Notes: generated by a model not told the origin, from the sequence alone. DNA of 11,389 nucleotides from Caldisericia bacterium (GCA_028708485.1 JAQVYZ010000011.1:1-11389), one strand, 5' to 3'. Counted from the stretch's first letter, positions 1 through 7,478 are shown. Made by a program: numbers and translations.

Positions 1-1258
1 TGCTTGAAATCATCAACAGGTATTGAGACACCCCATTCACCGCTTTCCATCGGAAGGTATACGGTGGGAATAGTTCGTCCCCTTCCAATGGTGAAATAGG
101 GATGGGAGTATCCATTTTTGGTTTTGCGTCTTTTGCTAGGATGGGGGTATTGTTTTTAAACAGGTTGTTCTCATTCGATTCAGCGACTTCATTTTGTGAA
201 TCAACCAAAAAAAATAGCCATACCTTATATTCACCGGTGCTCATATCCGGAAACAAAAAGCTAAAAGTAACCTCAATGCTTTCTTTGGCTTCAAGACTGG
301 GAACCTCTGTCTCTGGCATCCTGAAATCATCGGAAATATCCCAATCCTCATAAGGGGAAAGATAAAGTCTGATATGAGAGGCACCTGAAGCTTTTCCCCC
401 CGCATTGGAGACAGAAGAGACTATTTTACACACGGCTCCTTCTTCAACCTTTTCGGTGGAAATATATTTCGTTATCTCTAAATCAGGTAAACTACTGTTG
501 GTTGCCTCTACCCGAATGCTTTCCGCTTGGTAGATTTCTTTTGTGACGGTGTCCTGCAGAAAGCAAACCAGGTAGTAATCCTGGTCTTGTTTCATCTTAT
601 AATTGATCGTGACAGATTGTTCTATGGTCTCATTTGAAGAGAAGAAAACCTCTATTCCCTGCTCATCCTCAATATAATCGCGAACTACCTTTTTATGTGC
701 TTTTTCCCCGTTCTGTCCTTCATAAAACACCAAGTTTTCAAATAACAATGTGGTTAGACGGAGATGATCAAATGCCTGTGAGGTTCCATTCTGCAGATTT
801 ATCTGTAAAGAGCGGTTGGTGTATTGCATCATGATCCTGAAAGGTGAATTCTTATCCAGAAATTTGTTAATATAACGTCGGTTTTTATCCATCTCTGCCG
901 GATGAGATTGCTTTTGCCCAGCTGTTATCATTGCTGGAATACCGGCAATTTTGTAAAAGTCAGCCCTTGCATCTGTTTCCGGAGTATTCAATCCATCTTG
1001 CCAGCAATGGTTCCTGATAAGAATTACCTTCTCCGTACCAAACTCATCCGCTAACTCATCCGCCAGATGACCATATTCAGCGCAAGGTCCGCACCAAGTA
1101 GCGGTAAAGAGTTCTAATAACACTTTGCGGGGGAAGGGATTCTCTGCCATACTTCTTATCTGATTGGATAACGGTTTTTGGTGGAATGAGGCAAAACCGG
1201 GCATCAGATTTGTCAGGAAAACAGCCAAAATCACCAATCCGGAGAACAACCTTTTCAT
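1..1258 (-). CDS. Secreted thioredoxin-fold protein (WCGPC active site) with a C-terminal CARDB/Ig-like region. Partial: the reading frame runs off the window start, so the C-terminus is missing.
   Basis: I translated the minus-strand frame by hand and it is open from the ATG at 1258..1256 down to position 1, about 419 codons. An AGAGGA ribosome-binding site lies 7 nt upstream. The N-terminus MKRLFSGLVILAVFLTNLMPGFASF looks like a signal peptide. The motif LFTATWCGPCAEY is the canonical thioredoxin CxxC motif. The downstream part, VSSVSNAGGKASGASHIRLYLSPYEDWD...EYKVWLFFLVDSQN, resembles a CARDB/Ig-like adhesion fold. This gene is absent from the supplied ORF track because it has no in-window stop codon. 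Confidence 0.75.
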   Translation of the reverse strand, partial: MKRLFSGLVILAVFLTNLMPGFASFHQKPLSNQIRSMAENPFPRKVLLELFTATWCGPCAEYGHLADELADEFGTEKVILIRNHCWQDGLNTPETDARADFYKIAGIPAMITAGQKQSHPAEMDKNRRYINKFLDKNSPFRIMMQYTNRSLQINLQNGTSQAFDHLRLTTLLFENLVFYEGQNGEKAHKKVVRDYIEDEQGIEVFFSSNETIEQSVTINYKMKQDQDYYLVCFLQDTVTKEIYQAESIRVEATNSSLPDLEITKYISTEKVEEGAVCKIVSSVSNAGGKASGASHIRLYLSPYEDWDISDDFRMPETEVPSLEAKESIEVTFSFLFPDMSTGEYKVWLFFLVDSQNEVAESNENNLFKNNTPILAKDAKPKMDTPIPISPLEGDELFPPYTFRWKAVNGVSQYLLMISS

Positions 1259-1351
1259 GATCTTTCCTCTCAATACGCTTCTTTTATTAAAATAAGTACC
1301 ACGCTATTTTACAAACACAAGCTTACCTGCAAAAACAAGAACAGAAATAAA

Positions 1352-1391
1352 TTTGCATATTACAACTATTTTATGATACAATATTTGTATG
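1352..1391 (+). promoter_or_regulatory. Sigma-A-like promoter (-35 TTTGCA, extended -10 TGaTACAAT) that predicts a leaderless MarR transcript, overlapped by the palindrome ATACAAtatTTGTAT (1376-1390) as a candidate operator.
   Basis: TGaTACAAT sits at 1374-1382 and a -35-like TTTGCA at 1352-1357. The MarR ATG at 1389 lies 6 nt after the -10 and has no Shine-Dalgarno sequence. An inverted repeat with 6-bp arms and a 3-bp spacer spans the -10, the predicted start site and the ATG. Confidence 0.35.
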
Positions 1392-1865
1392 AAGAAAATA
1401 AATAAACAGAATAAAGCACAGGATCTAAGAGAAATGATCAGGCTGTTTGAGCGTATCATCGGTATGGCTGACGAGAACCAGATGACCTGCTGCCGCATGA
1501 CATTGGCGCAATGCCATGCGCTTGTTGAAGTGGGGAGGACGAAAGACATTTCCTTGAACCAGCTATCTCAGATGCTGGAATTGGACAACAGCACTCTGAG
1601 CCGTACTGTGAATAATCTGGTTGTATCAGGACTGGCAGAACGATATGAAGATCCGAATGACAGGCGGTATATCAAGATCAAACTCACTGAACAGGGAATG
1701 ATGAACTTTCATGCGATTGAAGAGACGATGAATACCTATTACGAAACCCTTTTCCAGATGATACCGGAAGAAAAACGAGACCAGGTCATCGATAGCATAC
1801 ATATCCTCAACGAGGTAGGCTCTAAAATAATGTGTTGTGTGAAGGAGAAGAAAAATGAAGAATGA
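1389..1865 (+). CDS. MarR-family winged-helix transcriptional regulator with vicinal cysteine pairs (CC at residues 34-35, C at 42, CC at 149-150).
   Basis: 158-aa ORF. The helix-turn-helix plus wing pattern LSQMLELDNSTLSRTVNNLVVSGLAERYEDPNDRRYIKIKLTEQG is typical MarR, including the DRRY wing motif. Its stop codon (1863-1865) overlaps the arsM start. Confidence 0.85.
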   Translation: MKKINKQNKAQDLREMIRLFERIIGMADENQMTCCRMTLAQCHALVEVGRTKDISLNQLSQMLELDNSTLSRTVNNLVVSGLAERYEDPNDRRYIKIKLTEQGMMNFHAIEETMNTYYETLFQMIPEEKRDQVIDSIHILNEVGSKIMCCVKEKKNEE

Positions 1866-2676
1866 AATGCGTGCCAGAGTAAAAGAGCATTACGGAAAAA
1901 TCGCTGCCCGAGTCTCCAAAAAAGCAAAAAGCAGCTGTTGTACAGGAGGTTGCGGTTGCAGTAGCGGAGAGATCACTGATACGGCCTCTTTTTATAAAGG
2001 AGTTGATTTGAAAGACCTTCCCGTGGAAGCGGTGAATGCTTCCCTGGGATGCGACAATCCACTCGTATATGCTCAGTTAAAAGAAGGAGAAATCGTCCTG
2101 GATTTAGGCAGCGGGGGAGGTATCGATGTGCTGATAGCCTCAAAATATGTCGGGCAGACTGGTAAAATTTATGGACTGGACATGACCGATGAGATGTTGA
2201 AGCTAGCTAATGATAATAAAGCTAAGATGGGCGTTCAGAATGTGGAATTTCTTAAAGGTTATATCGAAGAGATTCCATTGCCGGATGAGTCTATTAACGC
2301 CATCATCTCCAACTGTGTGATCAACCTGTCTGAAGACAAAGAGAAAGTAATCCATGAAATGTACCGGGTATTAAAACCCGGTGGTAGAATTGCCATCGCA
2401 GATATTGTCATGGTAAAAGAGATACCTGAGTCACTGAAAAGAAATACCGATCTGTGGTCCAGTTGTATTTCCGGATCCATGCATGTGGATGAATATAAGA
2501 CCAATCTCCAGAAAACAGGATTTAAACAAATCAGTATTAATCCTTCTCATATTTACACGAAAAAAGTCATTCAGCAAGAAGTGCTGGACCAGGAGCAGAT
2601 GAAACAGATTCAGGCAATCGATTTGGAAGCGGTAGACGGTGCTTTTGCAGGGGCTCAGATCAAAGCCTGGAAGTGA
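1855..2676 (+). CDS. arsM: Arsenite S-adenosylmethionine methyltransferase ArsM.
   Basis: 273 aa. Near-diagnostic blocks are present: VKEHYGKIAA, the N-terminal SCCTGGCGCS Cys cluster, LGCDNP, motif I LDLGSGGGIDV, YGLDMTDEML, NVEFLKGYIEEIPLP, ISNCVINLS, VLKPGGR and WSSCISG. All four conserved ArsM cysteine positions are present. A GGAG ribosome-binding site lies 7 nt upstream. The start overlaps the MarR ORF by 11 nt. Confidence 0.9.
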   Translation: MKNEMRARVKEHYGKIAARVSKKAKSSCCTGGCGCSSGEITDTASFYKGVDLKDLPVEAVNASLGCDNPLVYAQLKEGEIVLDLGSGGGIDVLIASKYVGQTGKIYGLDMTDEMLKLANDNKAKMGVQNVEFLKGYIEEIPLPDESINAIISNCVINLSEDKEKVIHEMYRVLKPGGRIAIADIVMVKEIPESLKRNTDLWSSCISGSMHVDEYKTNLQKTGFKQISINPSHIYTKKVIQQEVLDQEQMKQIQAIDLEAVDGAFAGAQIKAWK

Positions 2677-2925
2677 CCACCAAGATTTACCCAGGAAAAA
2701 CCAGAAACAAAATGATAACAAGATATTGCAGGATTTTCAGGAAGTATTATACTTCATTTCTATTTTATGACTGGAGAGAAGTGTGATACAGGTTTGAACA
2801 ATGTGAGTCGAATAAGAATCATTCCTCAAAAACGACATGAAAACTCAACATTCATGACCATTCCAGTTTGTTTTGTTTGCGATGTTTTTAGCAGGTATGT
2901 CCTGCGAGAGGAGAGCGTAGTTTAG

Positions 2926-4938
2926 ATGGACTTTATTGTAGCAAATTGGGTTTGGTTTCTTGGTGGCTTATTATTATTAATTTTTATCCGGAATTCTATT
3001 CGCGTGATTGGCCCGACCGAGATAGGACTCGTCCGCAAGCATATGGGTTTTGGAAAATTAAAAGACAGCCCGGTAGCCTTCCGAGGAGAAGCTGGTTACC
3101 AGGCAAAAATGCTGATGCCAGGCATTCGTGTAGTCTTCTGGCCGGTTTTTTCTGTTCGTAAATTTCCATGGGTACAAGTACCGGCTGGAAAAATCGGTAT
3201 CGTTTTTTCACAGGTTGGTGAGCCCCTTCCCATCGGTAATAAATCTGCCGTTTACAAAAGTGAATTTGGATTATTCAGCGATATCGGTGCTTTCATTAAA
3301 AACGGGGGTCAAAAAGGTGTCCAGAGAACGGTGTTACCACCTGGAACAAACCTTCCCATTCACCCGGTAGCTTTTGTAGTCGCGGTAGGAACACAACATA
3401 TTTTTGGCTTACCGCAATCACGGGATTTCCAAGAGAAAATCAGTTCTTTGGATGAAACTGCCTTTGAACAGGTGGTCATCAAACCAAATGACGCTACTGA
3501 TGTCATCGGCATTATCACCACGCATGAAGGACCGCCATCTGAAAATGGAGCGATGGCATCCAGGATTGGTGGATTTAGCGATATCGAAGAAGAAGAAAAA
3601 AGGCAGAAGAATATTGGAGAATGCGGGAGAGAAGATAACAAACTAATCGAATTGATATTGGCGAGTAAAAACCATTTACATAATAGTTATCAGGATTTCC
3701 AGGCATTCCTGGACAACGGGGGGAAGATTGGATTACAGCATGACCCTCTCCCATACGGCACTTACTCGTTGAATCCTTTTTTGGTCTCTGTAGAGATTGT
3801 GAATATGCTAGTGGTTGCTCAAGGAGAAGTAGCGGTCGTTAAATCCTACATTGGCTTGCCTACCGAAGACACGTCCGGTTCTGAATTTAAATTCGGAACT
3901 TTGGTGATCCCCGGGCACCGCGGTATTTGGCGGGAACCTTTGCGAACCGGAAAATACGCTCTTAACCCTCGTATATACGGTCATGAAAAGGTACCTACCT
4001 ACATCCTGAATTTAAGCTGGGCAGATCAACAATCGAAAGCGCATGATTTAGATTCTGCTTTGTCTCCCATTAACGCACGTTCTACAGAGGGATTCGAGTT
4101 TAAAATCGACCTTCAGGTACAAATCCATGTCCCTGATGTGATGGCTTCAAAAGTCATCTCTTCAGTGGGTACGATGACAAATCTTGTTATGGAGGTGCTG
4201 CATCCTGCGGTGGGCAACTACTTCCGGGACAAGATCCAAGGTTTGCCTGCGGTTACCTTTATCCAGCAGCGTATGGTGGTACAAAAAGAAGCCCATGATC
4301 ATATCGTAGACCATCTGAAGATTTATGATGTCGAAGTGAAGGGCGTGTATATTCAGGATGTCATACTACCGGAAGCCATGACGACGGTTTTAAAAGACAG
4401 AGAAATTGCCAACCAGCAAAAGGCGACCTTCAAAATGCAGAAGGATGCTGAGGATCAGAGAATTCAGATGGAAAACAGTAAAGGATTAGCGAACCAGCAA
4501 GCTGATCTGGTAAAGTCTGAGATTGGTGTCAAAATCGCTGTCAATGAAAGTGAGCAGCAAAAAGCCAGAGCTGACGGTGAATCTACGTATATATCGAAAG
4601 TGGGACAAGCTAAGTCAGTCGAGGTAAGAGCAGTCGGTATGGCAAAAGCGGAAGCCTACGAAAAACAGGCGGCAGTACTCGGTCAGCACGGAACTGCTAT
4701 GGTGAACATCTTTACTTCCTTAGCTGAGAACCAGATCGCCATCGTACCAAAAATTCAAGGCGGTTCAGGTGGAAGCTCCATGGAAGCGGCTCTTCTTGGT
4801 TATTTAGCCCCGAAATTGGATGAGATGAAAGAAGACCAGACCAAAACACAGAAAAAGTCTACTCCTCCCAAAGACACCAAGGAACCAACAGAACAAAAGC
4901 CGCTGAATTTAAACGAAGAGAAGCCAAAACAATCATAG
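2926..4938 (+). CDS. floT: Flotillin-like SPFH/band-7 protein, long FloT/YuaG-type.
   Basis: 670 aa. There is an N-terminal transmembrane helix (VANWVWFLGGLLLLIF), then an SPFH domain, then a flotillin coiled-coil region with EA/KA repeats (AEDQRIQMENSKGLANQQADL...KAEAYEKQAAVLG). A GGSGGSS segment near the C-terminus follows, as in FloT, and the tail is Lys/Pro-rich. Stop is TAG at 4936-4938. Confidence 0.85.
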   Translation: MDFIVANWVWFLGGLLLLIFIRNSIRVIGPTEIGLVRKHMGFGKLKDSPVAFRGEAGYQAKMLMPGIRVVFWPVFSVRKFPWVQVPAGKIGIVFSQVGEPLPIGNKSAVYKSEFGLFSDIGAFIKNGGQKGVQRTVLPPGTNLPIHPVAFVVAVGTQHIFGLPQSRDFQEKISSLDETAFEQVVIKPNDATDVIGIITTHEGPPSENGAMASRIGGFSDIEEEEKRQKNIGECGREDNKLIELILASKNHLHNSYQDFQAFLDNGGKIGLQHDPLPYGTYSLNPFLVSVEIVNMLVVAQGEVAVVKSYIGLPTEDTSGSEFKFGTLVIPGHRGIWREPLRTGKYALNPRIYGHEKVPTYILNLSWADQQSKAHDLDSALSPINARSTEGFEFKIDLQVQIHVPDVMASKVISSVGTMTNLVMEVLHPAVGNYFRDKIQGLPAVTFIQQRMVVQKEAHDHIVDHLKIYDVEVKGVYIQDVILPEAMTTVLKDREIANQQKATFKMQKDAEDQRIQMENSKGLANQQADLVKSEIGVKIAVNESEQQKARADGESTYISKVGQAKSVEVRAVGMAKAEAYEKQAAVLGQHGTAMVNIFTSLAENQIAIVPKIQGGSGGSSMEAALLGYLAPKLDEMKEDQTKTQKKSTPPKDTKEPTEQKPLNLNEEKPKQS

Positions 4939-4940
4939 AG

Positions 4941-5001
4941 AATCACAATAGTATTAAGGAACCCCATTTTTCCAATGGGGTTCCTTAATACTATTGTGAT
5001 T
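4941..5001. terminator. Perfect 28-bp-arm inverted repeat with a 5-nt loop between convergent genes; likely a bidirectional terminator.
   Basis: The sequence aatcacaatagtattaaggaaccccatt-tttcc-aatggggttccttaatactattgtgatt was checked base by base as an exact reverse complement. It begins 3 nt after the floT stop and is followed by A7 at 5002-5008, which reads as T7 on the minus strand. Confidence 0.6.
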
Positions 5002-5038
5002 AAAAAAAGCGTCAATATCCCTTCCTGGGATAGTAGAT

Positions 5039-5689
5039 TTAACGTTTGGATTGAATAACAGAACACTGATGGTTGTAAAATAGCACATTCATTTCGGAAA
5101 AACCAGCCTGACTGGATAAACCAAGCAAAGTATTCACTGAAAAAGGAATATCGATATGATAGGAGCCATCCAATGGAAAACTTTTTGATGAAACATCGCT
5201 CTGACGTTCCTCTTCTTCTGAAATTGCATAATCTCCCTCGATATAGCTTCCCTTCGGTTTCAAAGCTTTAAAAATCTTTTTATAAAGAGATAATTTGGTT
5301 GGTTTATCTAAGTGATGAATACTCTGGGAAGATATAACAAAATCAATATTTCCAGGTATAGGTACCTTCAAATAGGATCCATAGAGGATCTTTATCTGCG
5401 ATCGTTTTTCTCTGTAATGATCCAACAACACAGCGGTCATCGATTCACTTAAATCAATTCCGATGATTTCAGCATTAGGAGCTTTTTGCAAAATCCAAGC
5501 AAGTTCTAGTCCGGTTCCGTAACCAAGATCAACAATCACAATTGGTGCAGTAGTGGCCGGTACAGGTTTTGCTATGGCAGCTTAATACTTGTCGAAATCT
5601 ATTAAAATCTCTCTCATATGATTCTCGTATTCACCGACACGAAGATCAAAAAACTTCTTCATATCTTCCGGAATTTCATTTTTCTTCAT
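5039..5689 (-). pseudogene. Class I SAM-dependent methyltransferase with an in-frame TAA at 5584..5582. The intact downstream segment (5539..5039) is the 166-aa track ORF.
   Basis: From the ATG at 5689 the minus-strand frame reads MKKNEIPEDMKKFFDLRVGEYENHMREILIDFDKY, then TAA, then AAIAKPVPATTAPIVIVDLGYGTG (motif I) and on to the stop at 5039. The stop and both ATG/GTG starts are in one continuous frame. The N-terminal FDxxxxEYE block followed by a 35-40-aa spacer to motif I is the normal class I methyltransferase layout, so this is one gene split by a nonsense codon. Confidence 0.6.
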
Positions 5690-5724
5690 AGCTAAATTAT
5701 ATTCAGTTGTTATAGATTACATCT
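5690..5724 (-). promoter_or_regulatory. -10 TATAAT placed 6 nt upstream of the methyltransferase ATG; predicted leaderless transcript.
   Basis: The minus strand reads gaaTATAATttagctATG. The TATAAT is the complement of 5701..5696. There is no Shine-Dalgarno sequence before this ATG. The -35 is poor. Confidence 0.3.
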
Positions 5725-5822
5725 TTTAACCTTTTTAAACAGTGCACCTGAGATTTGTTTTAGCTGAAGATTTCTGGTTTGCAAGTAGATTTGTCTTATT
5801 GGTATGCTGCTTTGAATAATAT

Positions 5823-5863
5823 TCATTTTTGGGACAGGGGACAGTCCCCTGTCCCAAAAATGA
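5823..5863. repeat. GC-rich perfect palindrome TCATTTTTGGGACAGGGGAC-A-GTCCCCTGTCCCAAAAATGA (copy 1); probable hairpin terminator element.
   Basis: A 41-bp exact palindrome centred at 5843. It lies 86 nt downstream of the minus-strand ORF that ends at 5949. It sits within AT-rich DNA. Confidence 0.8.
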
Positions 5864-5948
5864 TTCCACATTTAACTTGTAATATATCATCACTATCGCT
5901 AAAGTACCCAATACACAGTAATTCGATGATGTCTTTTTTTACCCTCAC

Positions 5949-6434
5949 TCAAATAAAGGGATTATTGTATCGGAATTTTTTTAAGTTCTCTCTTAACTCA
6001 AAACCTAGCGAAGGTAAATGCATTTGGTTGTAGGGTATGATAAATTGTATATTCAGTTCAATGAATCTTTGTCGATTATAAAATGTAATTTTTGAGCTTG
6101 AATAAATCACGTCTATATGCCACTTCTTTTTAATGAAATCAATGCTATTGCGTAATTTTACAGGCGTTTGTTCAAATTCGTTTTGATTGATAAACAATAA
6201 GAAAGTTTGGGATTGAATATTTAAAGTAAAAAAAAGGTAACGACTTCTCAAATATAGAGGAACGCAATCCGTTTTTTCCCAAGGTTGATAAGTAACCGGA
6301 ATAGATAGTCCTTTTTTGATGTAATCTACGACCATTTCAATTAGCTGAGGATTATTCCCATTTTTTATATACATAATTAATACATTTTTAACGTTACTTA
6401 TACAAAAATGCAAATATAAAGTTATATTACTCAA
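5949..6434 (-). CDS. Hypothetical 161-aa protein; orphan AT-rich ORF.
   Basis: The ORF has a TTG start, no Shine-Dalgarno sequence and strongly AT-biased codons. It is bounded by TGA at 5949-5951. Coding status is uncertain. Confidence 0.35.
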   Translation of the reverse strand: MSNITLYLHFCISNVKNVLIMYIKNGNNPQLIEMVVDYIKKGLSIPVTYQPWEKTDCVPLYLRSRYLFFTLNIQSQTFLLFINQNEFEQTPVKLRNSIDFIKKKWHIDVIYSSSKITFYNRQRFIELNIQFIIPYNQMHLPSLGFELRENLKKFRYNNPFI

Positions 6435-6854
6435 TCCATGATATTTTTTTTATCGGCATAAATTACCTTCACAGCATTCTTTTTGAAAATACTGCCATCA
6501 TTTTTTAATCTCTGATATGAAAGTTTTCTAGCTTCGGTGGTTTCTTTCTTGTTTTATGCAAATTTCCAGAAAATCCGAAATGGTAAAGAAAAACCTACAC
6601 TTATCAAAACATGAAAATTGGTTATAGTTTTGTCACGATGAAAAGTATAAATATAAAAGAATATTTGCTTGCTTTAGAGAATTACTGGTCTCCATAGGTA
6701 TCTCCATAGTGATGAACTTTTTATGGTGGTAGAAAGAGAATCCTGGCTTGATTTCAGGGAAAGTATAAATTCTATGCTGAAAAACTTGCAAAATCTTACT
6801 TATAGAAACAGCTGGCACCATTCCCACAGGTGATACCAGCGAGGGAGGTTCGTT

Positions 6855-7427
6855 TTGGAAGTAGTGATTTTAGTGTACGAAGGTGTATATTTATTGGATT
6901 TTGTCGGTCCATTGGAGATTTTTCACGACACCGTGGATGAAGAGGGGCACTCTGCCTTCGAGGTTTGTTTGGTTTCTCCTGACTTGAACGCGATCAAGGC
7001 TCACACCGGTATGTCATTTCATGCTGATTATGACTTGGAAACTTCCCCCAAAGCTGATATTCTGGTGATTCCGGGAGGCAATCTTAAGCTTAGTTCAGAA
7101 AATCCTGCTCTTGCTATGTGGATCCAATCCCAAGCAAAACATGCTCAAATCATCCTTTCTGTGTGTACAGGCGCTTTTATTCTTGCTGACTTGGGTCTTA
7201 TAGATGGACTTCAAGCCACTACCTGGTTTGGTGCTACACAAGCCTTACAGCAACAATATCCGGCAATCCATGTACTTACAGGGGAACGCTATGTAGACAA
7301 TGGTCAGATTGTAACAACTGCAGGCGTTTCTGCTGGAATTGATGGGGCGCTGTATGTGGTTCAACGGCTATTGGGAAGAGCCATCGCTGAAAAAACAGCT
7401 CACTTTATCGAATATGACTGGAAATAA
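6855..7427 (+). CDS. DJ-1/PfpI (ThiJ) family protein with a class I glutamine amidotransferase-like fold.
   Basis: 190 aa. The nucleophile-elbow motif ILSVCTGAFILA, plus DILVIPGG and TTAGVSAGIDGALYVV, are typical DJ-1/PfpI blocks. The start is TTG, with a GAGGGAGG ribosome-binding site 6 nt upstream and an in-frame TGA at 6831-6833 upstream. Stop is TAA at 7425-7427. Confidence 0.85.
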   Translation: MEVVILVYEGVYLLDFVGPLEIFHDTVDEEGHSAFEVCLVSPDLNAIKAHTGMSFHADYDLETSPKADILVIPGGNLKLSSENPALAMWIQSQAKHAQIILSVCTGAFILADLGLIDGLQATTWFGATQALQQQYPAIHVLTGERYVDNGQIVTTAGVSAGIDGALYVVQRLLGRAIAEKTAHFIEYDWK

Positions 7428-7478
7428 CTCCCATTCTTTTCCATGACTAGCCAGCGTTTTTACTATTGGTTTCATTCC

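Noticed and set aside
102-834. Plus-strand track ORFs 102..353 and 634..834.
   Set aside because: Both lie antisense inside the continuous, motif-rich thioredoxin-like gene on the minus strand. They have no ribosome-binding site and low-complexity products.
2677-2925. Possible sigma-W-type (TGAAAC...CGTA) or sRNA element in the 250-bp arsM-floT spacer.
   Set aside because: Only partial hexamer matches were found (TGAACA, TGAAAAC) with wrong spacing. No convincing hairpin or conserved structure is visible by eye.
2259-3646. Track ORFs antisense to or overlapping arsM and floT (2259..2504-, 2431..2721-, 2946..3161+, 2996..3211-, 3360..3641-, 3404..3646+).
   Set aside because: They are embedded in strongly supported genes on the other strand or in another frame, and no family motifs are recognisable.
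5779-6033. Plus-strand 84-aa ORF spanning palindrome copy 1.
   Set aside because: It reads through the GC palindrome, overlaps the end of the minus-strand ORF, and has no ribosome-binding site. It is an artefact of the AT-rich region.
6633-6827. Minus-strand 64-aa ORF in the divergent spacer upstream of the DJ-1 gene.
   Set aside because: It has a GTG start with no ribosome-binding site, is low-complexity, and overlaps the probable promoter region. It is likely noncoding.
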